Assembly: GCF_006345805.1 (NCBI RefSeq)
Contig: NC_042997.1
Span: forward strand, 117,552,001 to 117,616,000
Direction: 5' to 3'
DNA length: 64,000 bases
Origin: Octopus sinensis
Lineage: Eukaryota
Position 1 is the first letter of the stretch. Every line of letters starts with the position of its first letter. The notes under the pieces are model-generated. The model was not told the DNA's origin, searched no databases, and saw only the letters and a program-made list of their open reading frames with translations. Made by a program: the position numbers and the translations under genes. Below are positions 11,388 to 24,314 of this stretch, piece after piece.

Positions 11388-12821
11388 ACGTCATATAAGG
11401 TGTCGTCCTTTTTGCTTTTCAGACTTTAGACGTTATGGTGCAGTTTGATGAAAATTTGGCTGCTGTTTCTAGCAGATCGACAGACCACGTAAATATTTAG
11501 TCTTCGTTGACTTAGCTGATTTCCTATGAGAACGGTCAATTCCGGCCTATGACAGGTTGGTAATGGACATTCTTGATTGGCTAAAATTTCACAACCTTAA
11601 ATACTTGTAACTTTATTTAATTTCTATGGGAAAATAATGCGATTTTCGTTATCAGTAAAACTACGTCTGAACTTTTTTGAAAATAATCAGGTGAAAATTT
11701 GAAAAACTTCAAGTGGCTGAATAAAATTTAACAGGATCCAATTTCAGTATAAGTCTACATCAAATTACCCTCTCCTCACTTCTTTACATATAACCATATA
11801 ATTTAATGAACGACACACACACACGTAGTACCTCAAGACAAAGAAAATTATCAACAGATGTGAAGCCATGCGGAAAAAGAGTGGGTTTCCTCATGGTAGT
11901 TAAGTGAGTCCCAAATGTAATTAACCTTTGTATTTTCGTTCATTAAAATTTTAAATAACTGAATCGGATGATAGTTAATAACAAATATTCCTAAAGTTAT
12001 GTAGGCCAGACGATAAAACAAACAATTCAAAATCATATTAACACCCCCCCCACACACACACACACACAGCTACAACCGTTACAAAACTCAGTGAAAAAAC
12101 TCACAATACACATATAATTTGCGAACAGCGTTACCGAACTTAACAAGTAAAACAAATTCTCGTAAATCAGCGAATGACATATAACACACTTCATTATTAA
12201 TTAGGCACAACAAAACACACAAATAATACTTATAAAAATATACTTAAACTAGAAAACTATCTCAAAAGATTTTCATTCAAGGATGTCATGGTTTGATAAA
12301 GACGTCCCGTCGATTGTTCGCCCTGGTTCGTAAATCATCGACAGTTAAGTTACTGAAAATATGTATAATGAGGACACATCGCAGTTGGAGTGTGAATCTT
12401 TTTTTTAAAAAATGCAAGAATAACATTTTTCTGGTCTCCCTGTCATCCCTTTATAATGAGTTTCGAAAAGTAGCATCCTTCTATCTACTAACGTTTCAAG
12501 AACCAAATCACTTCGTCATCTGAATAAAAGGATACTACTCGCATAATGAATACTGAGAGATCTCATTCAATTGTCATTGCAGAATTACTTAACAGTTAGT
12601 TCCTTGTAACCTTCAGAGTTTCTGCCGTATACACTCGCATACCAGGGATGATTACAGTCCAATCTGTAATATCTCTGGACATAAGGTGGATCTTTTTTCA
12701 TGCGTTCATTTCTTCAAACGGAATGGCACTAAAGTTAGACTAACGAATGTTGAACATCCATTAACCATGCGGTTGGGAAACAAGCTTCTTACCACACAGC
12801 CACGCCTGCACCATTTTACAT

Positions 12822-13134
12822 TTTTTTATTTATGCGCCCTTTTCAAGCCTAGCTAGGTTCATGGGCCCGGTTTCCCGGTTTCTGTGGCGTATGTGTTCCC
12901 CACAGCTGGACGGGACGCCAGTCCATCGCAGCGTTACTCAAGAAACAGGAAGAGAGAATGAGAGAAAGTTGGGGCGAAAGAGTACAACAGGGGACTTCAC
13001 CACCCCCTGCTGGAGTCTCGTGGAGCTTTAGGTGTTTTCGCTCAATAAACACACACAACGCCCGGACTGGGAATCGAAACCACGATCCTCCGACCGCGAA
13101 TCCGCTGCCCTAACCACTGGGCCATTGCGCCTCC
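12822..13134 (-). mobile_element. SINE group C, full length
   Basis: tRNA-like head GGAGGCGCAATGGCCCAGTGG, V-like GCGATGGACTGGCGTCCCGTCCAG, (TAAA)n tail. Confidence 0.88.
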
Positions 13135-13396
13135 GATATTCATATTCCTTTTTCATATATTCATTTAAGTTGTATATATTTATTTGCGATCTTTTTCTGA
13201 CTAGTTTACGATCTTCATGCTCCTAACAGATGATGGTCGCTTGTCAGTATAATGTTTTCCTTCCTTTGATCTAATGCCTTTATATTAAACTTCTTCCTAC
13301 CACTTTTGTTACCATATTTCTGTTGAAATGCATTCTCTTTGGGTCAATCAATTTTGAAAATAATGAAGAATTTAGTAAAAGGAATTAGTCATTATT

Positions 13397-13714
13397 GGAA
13401 GCGCAATGGCCCAGTGGTTAGGTCAGCAGACTCGCGGTCGGAGAATCACGGTTTCGATTCCTAGATCGGGCGTTGTGTGAGTTTATTAAGCGAAAACACC
13501 TAAAGCTCCACGAGGCTCCGGCAGGGGGTGGTGGCGACCCCTGTTGTACTCTTTCGCCCCAACTTTCTCTCGCTCTTTCTTCCTGTTTCTTGAGTAATGC
13601 TGCGATGGACTGGCGTCCCGTCCAGCTGGGGGTGGGGAACACATACGCCACAGAAACCGGGAAACCGGGCCCATAAGCCTGGCTAGGCTTGAAAAGGGCG
13701 CATAAATAAATAAT
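13397..13714 (+). mobile_element. SINE group C, full length, 14-bp TSD, inside a degenerate piggyBac-like MITE
   Basis: TSD AATTAGTCATTATT at 13383-13396 and 13715-13728; host MITE right end GGTATCAAAAGGGTTAA near 13848. Confidence 0.9.
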
Positions 13715-13918
13715 AATTAGTCATTATTAAGTTGGTATCTAAAACGAATTAATATTTTGATGGAAAGAATAAACTTATCACTTTAAAACAGGAAATTTGT
13801 ATCATAGAACTAGAGGCGGTCTCAGGTAGATTGGTATCAAAAGGGTTAAAGTATATAATTATAATTTTAAAGTTAAAATTTTAAATAATGTATTTATGAT
13901 TTTATAACTGAGCCAGCA

Positions 13919-14263
13919 TTATAGACTGTCTGACACTCCTGTCATTTCTCTTAATGATTCGAAAACTTCGCCTTGTTTTTCTTTGATTTCTACTCCCACT
14001 TTGGTATAAACAACCACCACTCCCGTAATCATTGAGTGTTGCAGTGTCTTCCGGTTTAATTGTTCACCAACCTCTCCATAGCAATCACTCCATCCAAATA
14101 ACTTGATTAAGAGTATGTAAACTGTACTGCAAGCATCTTTGCCTTTCTTGTGCAGTTTTATATGTGCAACTGAAAATGACAGTATTTGAGGCTGTTGAAC
14201 AGAAATACAAAATAAATTTCGAGTGTTAGATAAGCTGTGGAAAACCAGAGTGTGGATTAGCAA
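13919..14263 (-). pseudogene. Possible very decayed GIY-YIG (Penelope-like) relic
   Basis: TVYILLIKL...CYGEVGEQLNRKTLQH loosely resembles VY-I...Y(I)GETGRQLN-R--EH; no supporting RT found. Confidence 0.3.
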
Positions 14264-15157
14264 TGTGAAAAGGTGGGTAACATTATGAAAGACACTACAC
14301 AGAAGGGAACATAAAGAAAATACATTTTAGGAAGCACTCAGGATGAAGAGCAGGAGGGAAATCCCAAAATGGAAGTAGGAAACAGATGTAAATAGAAAAA
14401 TTTAACCCACACAGAATTTAGCAAAAAATAAAAAGCAACAAAAGATATACAAAGAATATACAAATTTTTTTTTTTTTTTTCAAGGGAAATCTCAACTTAC
14501 TGCTATGAAGAACAATCAAGGATAAATCATGAATTATAAAGAAAGGTCATTCATAAAAGAGAAAAAAATATCATGATATATACTTTAGAAAGAAACATTT
14601 AAAGGTCACAGCAATTAATGTAGCTGATGAAGATGAAATACCAGGCAAATGAAATTATGAACTTAGGAGTTCATTAAAAGAAGTGAATATCGGAGAAGCA
14701 TCAAGTGAAGATGAACTGTTCATCGAATTCCTCAAATAAGGAAGAAAACCCTGCTTCTAAAACAACTTGAAATTTTCTTCATAAAGAATGAGACGTGTTA
14801 ATTATTTACAATAGCAAACACTCAGCCATAGAACTATACTTTACCAATTATTCACAGTCTCTACAATTTCTCCAAATCAGAAATCTTATAAATCGGTTCT
14901 ATATCGTCTCAGACATCAATTAAAAAGTGAAAACAAACAGCGTACACCAAAGGGTCCTCAACAACCGACCATTTGCAGGTCATTAAGTAGATTATTCAGG
15001 AAGGCAACCATTGTGCTTAGGCCTCATTAATTATGAGGAGGCATTTGTCAGAATTGAAATGTCAGCTCTTCTTCAACAGGGAATATACCAAATTTAGGGA
15101 TTAGGTCGAAAATTTACAGTCAGGGAACATCCTCTGTAAGCTCCACATTGAAAGTAT

Positions 15158-15779
15158 GATCAATATTCTTTACTACTCTAAAGCACAAGGCCTGAAAAAA
15201 TTTTTGGTGAAGGGGACTAGTCTCCCAGTACGCAACTGGTACTTAATTTATCGACCCCGAAAGGGTGAAAGGCAAAGTCGAACTTGGCAGAATTTGAACT
15301 CAGAAACGTAAAGACAGTCGAAATACTGCTAAGCCACTCACCCGACGTGCCAACGCCTCTGCCAGCGCGCCGCCTTCTTGAATCTTTTCTACATTAGGCA
15401 CAAGGCCTGAAATTTTGGGGGAGGAGGCCAGCCGATTAAATTGACCCCAGTACGCAACTGGTACCTGATTTATCGACCCCAACAGGATAAAAGGCAAAGT
15501 CGATCTCGGCGGAATTTAAACTCAGAACGTAGAGACAGACGAAATACCTATTTCTTTACTATCCACAAGGGGCTAAACACAGAGGGGACAAACAAGGACA
15601 GACAAACGGATTAAGTCGATTACATCGAACTCAGTGCGTAACTAGTACTTATTTAATCAACCCAGAAAGGATGAAAGGTAAAGTCAACCTCGGCGGAATT
15701 TGAACTCAGAGCGTAACGGCAGACGAAATACCGCTAAGCATTTTCCCCGGTGTGCTAACATTTCTGCCAGCTCGCTTCC
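15158..15779 (-). mobile_element. SINE group B trimer with 10-bp TSD
   Basis: Three core units; TTGAAAGTAT at 15148-15157 and 15780-15789. Confidence 0.85.
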
Positions 15780-15794
15780 TTGAAAGTATACTCG

Positions 15795-16200
15795 TTACTC
15801 TTTTACTTGTTTCAGTCATTTTACTGCGGCCATACTGGAGCACCGACTTTAGTCGAGCAAATCGACCCTAGGACTTGTTCTTTGTAAGCCTACTACTTAT
15901 TCTATCGGTCTCTTTTGCCGAACCGCTAGGTTACGGGGACGTAAACACACCACCGTCGGTTGTCAAGCGATGTTGGGGGACAAACAGAGACACAAAACAC
16001 ACACACACACACATATATATATACATATACATATATACTACGGGCTTCTTTCAGTTTCCGTCTACCAAATCCACTCACAAGGCTTTGGTCGACCCGAGGC
16101 TATAGTAGAAGACATTTGCCCGAGGTGCGACGCAGTGGGGCTGAACCAAGAACCATGTGGTTGGTAAGCAAGCTACTTACTACACAGCTACTCCTGCGCC
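15795..16200 (-). mobile_element. SINE group A, full length (tRNA head, CORE-like middle, LINE-type tail)
   Basis: GGCGCAGGAGTAGCTGTG head; tail GGTGCTCCAGTATGGCCGCAGT...GACTGAAAC. Confidence 0.88.
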
Positions 16201-16242
16201 TATGTTCAATATTTAACGAGGAGTAAGACAATGTGTTTTGAT

Positions 16243-16690
16243 ATTGATTTCAAATTTTGGCACGTGGCCAGAAATTTCGAGAGAGGGAATAAGTCGATTG
16301 CATAGACCCTTCCACCAGTATTCAACTTACACTTACTTAATCGACCCTGAAAGGATTAAAGGCGAAATCGACCTAAGTGGGGTTTGAACTCAGGACGTAA
16401 AGGCGGACGAAATTCTACTTAGCATTTTGTTCAGTGCAGTAACGATCCTTCCAAGGCAGCGAGCTGGCAGAAACGTTAGCATACCGGGCGAAATGCGTAA
16501 CCGTATTTCGTCTGCCGTTACATTCTGAGTTCAAATTCCGCCGAGGTCGACTTTGCCTTTCATCCTTCCGGGGTCGATAAATTAGGTACCAGTTTCGCAC
16601 TGGGGTCGATATAATCGACTTATTCCGTTTGTCTGTCCTTGTTTGTCCTCTCTGTGTTTAGACCCTTGTGGGTAGTAAAGAAATAGGTAA
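16243..16690. mobile_element. Two SINE group B copies, head to head
   Basis: Minus partial about 16243-16425; plus copy about 16454-16690. Confidence 0.8.
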
Positions 16691-16970
16691 CGGTTCTTCC
16701 AGCTCGCCGCCTTTAATAAGGTGGTATAGTATTGCCTAAACATAGTATTGCCCTAGAACTCATCATTAAAGGGTTTCAGTGAAATTGAAAGGAGCAGATT
16801 CAAATAGTGAATCTTTAAATCAGTAACGCTTTGCTAATGAAATAATTCTCTCAATTGCTGTTCATGAACTGGAATAAATGTTAAATGAAGTGTAGAGTAA
16901 GTGGAACGGAGTGGAAGTTACAAAAAAGATATCAAGGAAAACACAAATTATGATCAACACCCATATAATA

Positions 16971-17869
16971 ATTCTTTTTTCTACTCTAGGCACAAGGTCC
17001 GAAATTTTGGGGGAGGGCACTCGATTAGATCAACTCCAGTATACAACTGGTACTTAATTTATCGACCACGAAAGGATGAATGCATCGTCAACCTCGGCAG
17101 AATTTGAATTCAGAACGTAAAGACGAAATAAAATATTCTTTTCTACTCGAAGTACAAGACCCGAAATTTGGGGAGAGGAGGCTAGTCGATAAGATCGAAC
17201 CAAGTACGCAAGTGGTACTTAATTTATCGACCTCGAAAGGATAAAAGGCAAAGTCGACCTCGGCGGAATTTGAACTCAGAACGTAAAGACGAAATAGAAT
17301 ATTCTTTTCTACTCGAGGCACAAGGCCCGAAATTTGAGGCGAGAAGGCCAATCGATTAGATCAGACCCAAGTACGCAACTTGTACTTAATTTATCGACCT
17401 CGAAAGGATAAAAGGCAAAGTCGACCTCGGTGGAATTTGAACTCAGAACGTAAAGACGAAATAAAATATTCTTTTCTACTCAAGGCACAAGGCCCGAAAT
17501 TTGGGGGCAGGAAGCCAGTCGATTAGATCGACCCCAGTACGCAACTGGTACTTAATTTATCGACCCCGAAAGGATGAAAGCAAAGTCGACCTCGGCGGAA
17601 TTTGAACTCAGAACGTACAGACAGACGAAATACTAAATTCTTTATTACCCACTAGGGGCTAAACACGGAGGGGACAAACAAGGACAGACAAACGGATTAA
17701 GTCGATTATATCGACCCCAGTGCGTAACTGGTACTTATTTAATCGACACCGAAAGGATGAAAGGCAAAGTCGACCTCGGTGGAATTTGAACTCAGAACGT
17801 AGCGGCAGACGAAATACCGCTAAGCATTTCGCCCGGCGTGTTAACGTTTCTGCCAGCTCGCCGCATTAG
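16971..17869 (-). mobile_element. SINE group B multimer with about 166-bp tandem units
   Basis: AATATTC unit starts near 17132, 17298 and 17465; flanking CCCATATAATA (16960-16970) / CCCATATGATA (17870-17880). Confidence 0.85.
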
Positions 17870-18096
17870 CCCATATGATAAGTTAAATCATTCATGTGAA
17901 CCAATCAAATATGTGCTCACACAAACACTCACACACAGACACACGCACGCACGCACGCACGCACACACTTATGCATTTGTTTTGTTTGTGGGTAAGCAAG
18001 GGTAATAATGGTTTCATGTAAAGAGATCTTCACAAATGTTCAAGCGTAGTCACAAGAAAATGTTGGTACTCGAATCTATTTAGGAAGAGACTGCAA

Positions 18097-18164
<68 letters not shown>

Positions 18165-18414
18165 CACGTGTGTGCGTGCGCGTGACTGTGTGTGTGTTTG
18201 TGCGCGCGTATGTGTATGTGTGTAGATTGATAGATAGATGATAGATATACATATATATATGATGCATATATATATGTGTATGTATATATTTATGTGTGTA
18301 CATATATATATATATATATATATTAATATATATATATATATACACACAACCACATTTCCTATTCTTTATTTCTATGTTGTATGTGTGTGTGTATTGATAG
18401 CTAGGTAGCTAGAT

Positions 18415-18445
<31 letters not shown>

Positions 18446-18446
18446 G

Positions 18447-18501
<55 letters not shown>

Positions 18502-18514
18502 GTAGATAGGTAGG

Positions 18515-18550
<36 letters not shown>

Positions 18551-18576
18551 AGATAGATAGATAGATAGATAGATAG

Positions 18577-18617
<41 letters not shown>

Positions 18618-18780
18618 GGATGGATAGATAGATGGATAGATAGATGGATGGATGGAAGGATTCATGGATGGATAGATAGATAGATAGACATATATATGAT
18701 GCATATATATATTTGTATATTTGTGTGTGTATATATGTGCGTGTGTATATTTATGTGTTTGCACGTATATATATATGTAT
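18097..18780. repeat. (TG)n, (GATA)n and (TA)n microsatellite cluster
   Basis: Visible runs. Confidence 0.95.
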
Positions 18781-18789
18781 ATATATGAC

Positions 18790-18861
18790 GCTTGGAGGGA
18801 CTCTTAAAATCGAAAACTATCGTTTATTGTGGTAGTTTTGACTTTAAGAGTCCCTCCAAGC
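18790..18861. repeat. Short hairpin element
   Basis: GCTTGGAGGGACTCTTAAA / TTTAAGAGTCCCTCCAAGC 19-bp perfect stem, extending imperfectly inward. Confidence 0.85.
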
Positions 18862-18994
18862 ATGGGGCATTTATGTATAGTAATGCCTTTAATATAAATA
18901 AATATATCTAAAGTGAATAAATTTTTCCCTTATGAGTTTTTCACGCTAACTACTTGATAATTTCTTATAAAGATTTTATCCTATTTTTAAATTG

Positions 18995-19054
<60 letters not shown>

Positions 19055-19055
19055 A

Positions 19056-19261
19056 CAGGGTGTCCCAGAAGTCGCACACCATTCTGGTTTTCCTTTAAAA
19101 TAATTAAAGCATTTTATTTTATTATATTTTTTCGGCATGTTTTATTTTAGAGGATGCTCAATTTGAGCATTTGTTATGAATTAATTTCAATAACGTGTTT
19201 TTGAAATCAATAAGGATTTATTCTTTTAAAAAACAGGGTGGTGCGCAATTTCTGGGACACC

Positions 19262-19264
<3 letters not shown>
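19056..19264. mobile_element. Tc1/mariner-type MITE in a (TA)n array
   Basis: TIR CAGGGTGTCCCAGAA / TTCTGGGACACCCTG; TA flanks. Confidence 0.85.
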
Positions 19265-19316
<52 letters not shown>

Positions 19317-19907
19317 CATATACACACACATCTGTCCCGTTTCATATTCTTTATTTCTATGTTGTATGTTTATGCATAAAAGTATTGTTGTGGGTTGGCG
19401 TTAACCAAACTGTTAGTCGGCAGTGAAATACGCTACATGTCACGTTCTGATTTATGAGATTTTTTTTTTTCTTTTTGTCATTTAACTAAAATTTCTCTTA
19501 TGAACTACATGTGTGTTTTGAGTGGTTTTACTGGTAACACTTAGGATATCAAAAATCATAGAAAAGAACCTGAGGACAATATGAAGAACTATGGAAAGAC
19601 ACATGTGAGGAATTTAATCGAAAGTACAAACTTATCAATGAGCAAACGAACGTTACATAACGTCAAGGAAAAGTATTAAGAAAAGAGTTTTTTTCATGGC
19701 ATATGGCATGAACAAAGGATTATCATCTACCTACATTTTAGTGGACAAAATTACGGTTGAAAGTATCAAGAAAACTACGAATGAGGACGACGATGGTGAG
19801 TAGAATTTAACGTAGAATTTTTGTGTTATGAACTTAGGTCTTCTCTTATCGCATTTTGTTTAGTATAGGCTGTTATGTGGACTGTATTATTATACCGCTA
19901 AAACTAT

Positions 19908-20604
19908 AATTCTTTTCTATTCTAGGCACAAGGCCCGAAATTTTGGGGCCAGTCGATTGGATCGACCCAGTACGCTACTGGTACTTAATTTATCGACCCT
20001 GGAAAGATAAAGGGCAAAGTCAACCTCGGCGGAATTTGAACATAAAGATGGACGAAACACTGCTAAGCATTTCGCCCGGCATGCTAACGTTTCTTATTTA
20101 TTTATTGCCCACAAGGGGCTAAACACAGAGGGGACAAACAAAGACAGACAAAGGGATTAAGTTGATTAGATCGATCCCAGCTCGTAACTGGTACTTAATT
20201 AATCGACCCCGAAAGCGTGAAAAGCAAAGTCGACCTCGGCGGTATTTGAACTCAGAACATAAAGACGGACGAAGCACTGCTAAGCATTTCGCCCGGCGTG
20301 CTAACGATTTTCCCAGCTCGCCGCCTTGCTGAAATTATTATAATTGAAAGTTGCCTTAACGCATTCATATTGCAATATTAAATGCCACATGACGGCGAGC
20401 TGGCAGAAACGTTAGCACGCCGGGCGAAATGCTTAGCAGCATTTCATCTGTCTTTGCGTTGAGTTCAAATTCCGCCGAGATCGACTTTGCCTTTCATCCT
20501 TTCGGGGTCGATAAATTAAGTACCAGTTGTATACTGAAGTCAATCTAATCTACTGGCCCCCTCCCCCAAAATTTCGGGCCTTGTGCCTAGAGTAGAAAGG
20601 AATA
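19908..20604. mobile_element. SINE group B dimer (minus, 19908-20326) and monomer (plus, 20394-20604)
   Basis: Group B head and core motifs on both strands. Confidence 0.82.
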
Positions 20605-21106
20605 AATGAGAACGACAAAGTGGAGAGTGTGGACGATAATGACACCAAATACAATTCAACGTAGGAGAATTGCATTATTAACTAAGGTTTTCCAATCTAG
20701 TTTTGTTCGGTGAACAGTGTTATGATATGGAATATATTATAAAGTTAAAATTGCAAAAATGAAAAGCATCCAAAGGTATTTGTATGATATATTATGAACA
20801 AAAACGAATGCATATAAAAAAAAAGATCAAACAACTTCCTCAACATTATCGAAGACGACATTGAAAATGTAAAGAAATCAATTAACATTTCTACAATCGA
20901 AATTTTTTAAAATCTTTCTATCAATGTTATAAAAATGATGACTAGAGACATAATCTGAGATAAAGTGAATGCACACGCTCCAATAAAATCGTGTTATATA
21001 ACTAGGAACATACTGGAAGATGCTCAACAAGTTTGTGTGAGGTTGCACAATCGAGGTTCCTTTTCCCTTTCCTTAAAACTTTTATAATTTGCACACCTAC
21101 CGTGAC

Positions 21107-21321
21107 TGTGGGTTAAACACAGAGGGGACAAACAAGGACAGACATAGGTATTAAGTCGATTACATCGACTCCCAGTGCGTAACTGGTACTTAATTTATCG
21201 ACCCCGAAAGGATGAAAGGTAAAGTCGACCTCGGCGGAATTTGAACTCACAACGTAACGGCTGACGAAATACTGTTAAGCATTTCGCCCGACGTGCTAAC
21301 GTTTCTGCTAGCTCGCCGCCT
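21107..21321 (-). mobile_element. SINE group B
   Basis: Head AAGGCGGCGAGCTAGCAGAAACG and core motif. Confidence 0.82.
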
Positions 21322-21825
21322 TGAACACCAACAAATACCCATCCATAGAGGGAGATAGTGAGTGTTTCTATAGTAATCAAGTCCCGCCGGAAACGACCTT
21401 TTAAATGCGTTAAGACTAAACAACATTTCAATAAGTAGAATATTACTTAATAACAGATTAAAATAGCAGACGATGGAATAATTCAGGATCAAATGGACAC
21501 AGACAACTACAAACAACTCTCAATAAAATTACATAGAGTTCATAAAAAGCACACATAGAGTTCATAAAAAAACGGAAACTTTAATTGAATAACAGAAAAA
21601 ATAAATCAGAATACACACTTCACTACAAACAAGCAGTCTGACAGGTACCAGGACAATATGTTCATTCATAAATATATCCAACGTGGAAATAAATAATTGA
21701 AGGTTATGAATGCATGTTTGGATACGTATATAATGTGTGCACATGTCTGTCTGCTTTTGTGTGAGCTGAGTACATTTAATTTAAGTGCCCTACACAAAAA
21801 CATGAAAAGCGAACTATATATATAT

Positions 21826-21861
<36 letters not shown>

Positions 21862-21905
21862 ATATTTTATAAAAAGAATATAATTATCAGGAAGAGAATT
21901 ATATT

Positions 21906-22034
21906 ATCAATAATAATAAAGGGTAAAATTGTTTAAGTTTACTGAAAAATGGTCCTTTTATCATGCCGAATTCTACTTGGTGGAATTTTTAATTACTAGT
22001 TAATTAATTAATTTTACCCTTTATTATTATTGAT

Positions 22035-22035
<1 letters not shown>
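21906..22035. repeat. Small inverted-repeat element between (TA)n arrays
   Basis: ATCAATAATAATAAAGGGTAAAATT / AATTTTACCCTTTATTATTATTGAT (25-bp arms). Confidence 0.75.
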
Positions 22036-22100
<65 letters not shown>

Positions 22101-22575
22101 AGAAAATAGAAGTGAGGTAGTACATATAAAAGAAAATATTAAAACAAATATAAAAATGTTGTGACATTTCTCTTTCTTGTTATAAAAAGTTATTTACTAT
22201 TACGGATCCTTTAAAGTAATGTAAAGTATTTTCTTACCGTTGTTGAAATTAAGTGGAAATGAGTTTCAGAAATGGAGTATTTTGCCTTTTTATACAGTAT
22301 TTGCAGGTCAGTGATTCTCTGTCCCTTTCACTCTCTATTTCGTTCTCTCTCTCTCATTCTCTCTCTCTCCCTCCCTCCCTCTCCCTCTGTCTTTCTCTCT
22401 CTTACACTCTCTCACCCCACCTCCCTCCTTCACACAATATCTGTTGCTCTCTTTCTTTATTCCTCTATTTTTATCTCTTTACATAATTATACACTTGTAT
22501 CAAACGGGTATAGATTATTCGAAGAATGTGTGTGTGTGTGTGTAATTACTGATAATTTTGCGTTTACAATTCATT

Positions 22576-22641
<66 letters not shown>

Positions 22642-22960
22642 TTATGAATATTCACATCTCTTCATCTCCGTCTCCCTCTGTCTTCTTTCTGCGTGTCCCA
22701 CGTATCTATTTTATCATAATTTCTATATTTCTTTAGGATCCCTTAATCTCCCTTCATCTATATCCCCCCATTTCAATATTTCTCTTATCATCGCTCAACA
22801 ATGCCATTTATCGTATGTATAGAAATTGCTACTCATATCTGGAGGTTTCAACTGTTAGTATGTCTTGCATGATTAAAATATTTCAATGTCGCTGAGTCTA
22901 CTTATTTCGTTTTGGGATTTGGTTTGCAAGATTCTCTATATGAGTTCGTGTGTTGAAGTA

Positions 22961-23649
22961 TATTCTATTGTGTCTGGGGAGAGTTATTTTCATTTTGTGC
23001 CTTATTATGTAACACACTCACCGGTAAAACTTCCACTTATTTCTTTTTTTTATTGTCCTGAAATTTTCGTTGCGTTTGGCAAACTTTTCAATAGTTTTGA
23101 CTATAGTCAAAACTATTGAAAAAAGAAATGTGGAAATTTTACCGGTGAGTGTGTTACATAATAGTTTTGACTACGGTCAAAACTATTGAAAAGGTTGCAA
23201 GACGCAACAAAAATTTTAGGACAATAAAAATAAGAAATAAGTGGAAATTTTACCGGTGAGTGTGTTACATAATAGTTTTGGCTATGGTCAAAACTATTGA
23301 AACGGTTGCAAGACGCAACGAAAATTTTAGGACAATAAAAATAAGAAATAAGTGGAAATTTTACCGGTGAGTGTGTTACATAATATTTTTGACCATGGTC
23401 AAAACTATTGAAAAGGTTGCAAGACGCAACGAAAATTTTAGGACAATAATAATAAGAAATAAGGGGAAATTTTACCGTTGAGTGTGTTACATAATATTTT
23501 TGACCATGGTCAAAACTATTGAAAACGTTGCAAGACGCAACGAAAATTTTAGGACAATAATAATAAGAAATAAGTGGAAATTTTATCGGTGAGTGTGTTA
23601 CATAATAAGGCACAAAAAGAAAATTACTCACTCCAGACACAATAGAATA
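22961..23649. repeat. Foldback-type element with an internal 111-bp tandem array
   Basis: Left about 140 bp is the reverse complement of the right end; units recur at 23161, 23272 and 23383. Confidence 0.88.
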
Positions 23650-23912
23650 AGTCTACCTAATTGTATTTATATACAACGTTGACTGCATTACCTGTACACG
23701 TTAAAAGAGAATCATACTAACTTAACAATTTACGATGTCAATAGCAATGGTGCTCTCAAGCCAAGGTACACAACAGATGTAGTAGAATAGGTTGAAAAGG
23801 GGGAAAGTAAATTGTCCGAAAAAGAAAGTGGAAGTAAATTACGATAAAAAGTGAAAGTGACAACAAGGCATCCCACAATTTTATGTAAACAATGTATATA
23901 ACTTAAAGTGTT

Positions 23913-24314
23913 GGCGTGGGAGTGGCTGTGTGGTAAGTAGCTTGCTTACCAGCCACATGGTTCCAGGTTCAGTCCCACTGTGTGGCACCTTGGGCAAGTG
24001 TCTTCTATTATAGCCTCGGGCCGACCAAAGCCTTGTGAGTGGATTTGGTAGACGGAAACTGAAAGAAGCCCGTCGTATATATGTATATGTATATATGTGT
24101 GTGTGTGTTCGTGTGTCTGTGTTTGTCCCCGTAACATCGCTTGACAACCGATGCTGGTGTGTTTACGTCCCCGTAACTTAGCGGTTCAGCAAAAGAGATC
24201 CGATAGAATAAGTATAAGGCTTACAAAGAATAAGTACTGGAGTCGATTTGCTCGACTAAAGGCGGTGCTCCAGCATGGCCATAATTAAATGACTGAAACA
24301 AGTAAAAGAGTAAA
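23913..24314 (+). mobile_element. SINE group A, full length
   Basis: Head GGCGTGGGAGTGGCTGTGTGGT, CCTTGGGCAAGT CORE-like motif, tail GGCGGTGCTCCAGCATGGCC...AGTAAAAGAG. Confidence 0.9.

Noticed and set aside
13397-13475. tRNA genes at SINE heads
   Set aside because: A and B boxes are present, but there is no closed acceptor stem and each runs into a SINE body.
23113-23640. 175-aa ORF with 37-aa repeats
   Set aside because: A by-product of the 111-bp unit being a multiple of three; no splice or homology support.
22961-23649. CRISPR-like look of palindromic repeats (also 57777-57962)
   Set aside because: Inter-repeat sequence is itself repeated, there are no unique spacers or cas genes, and the context is eukaryotic.
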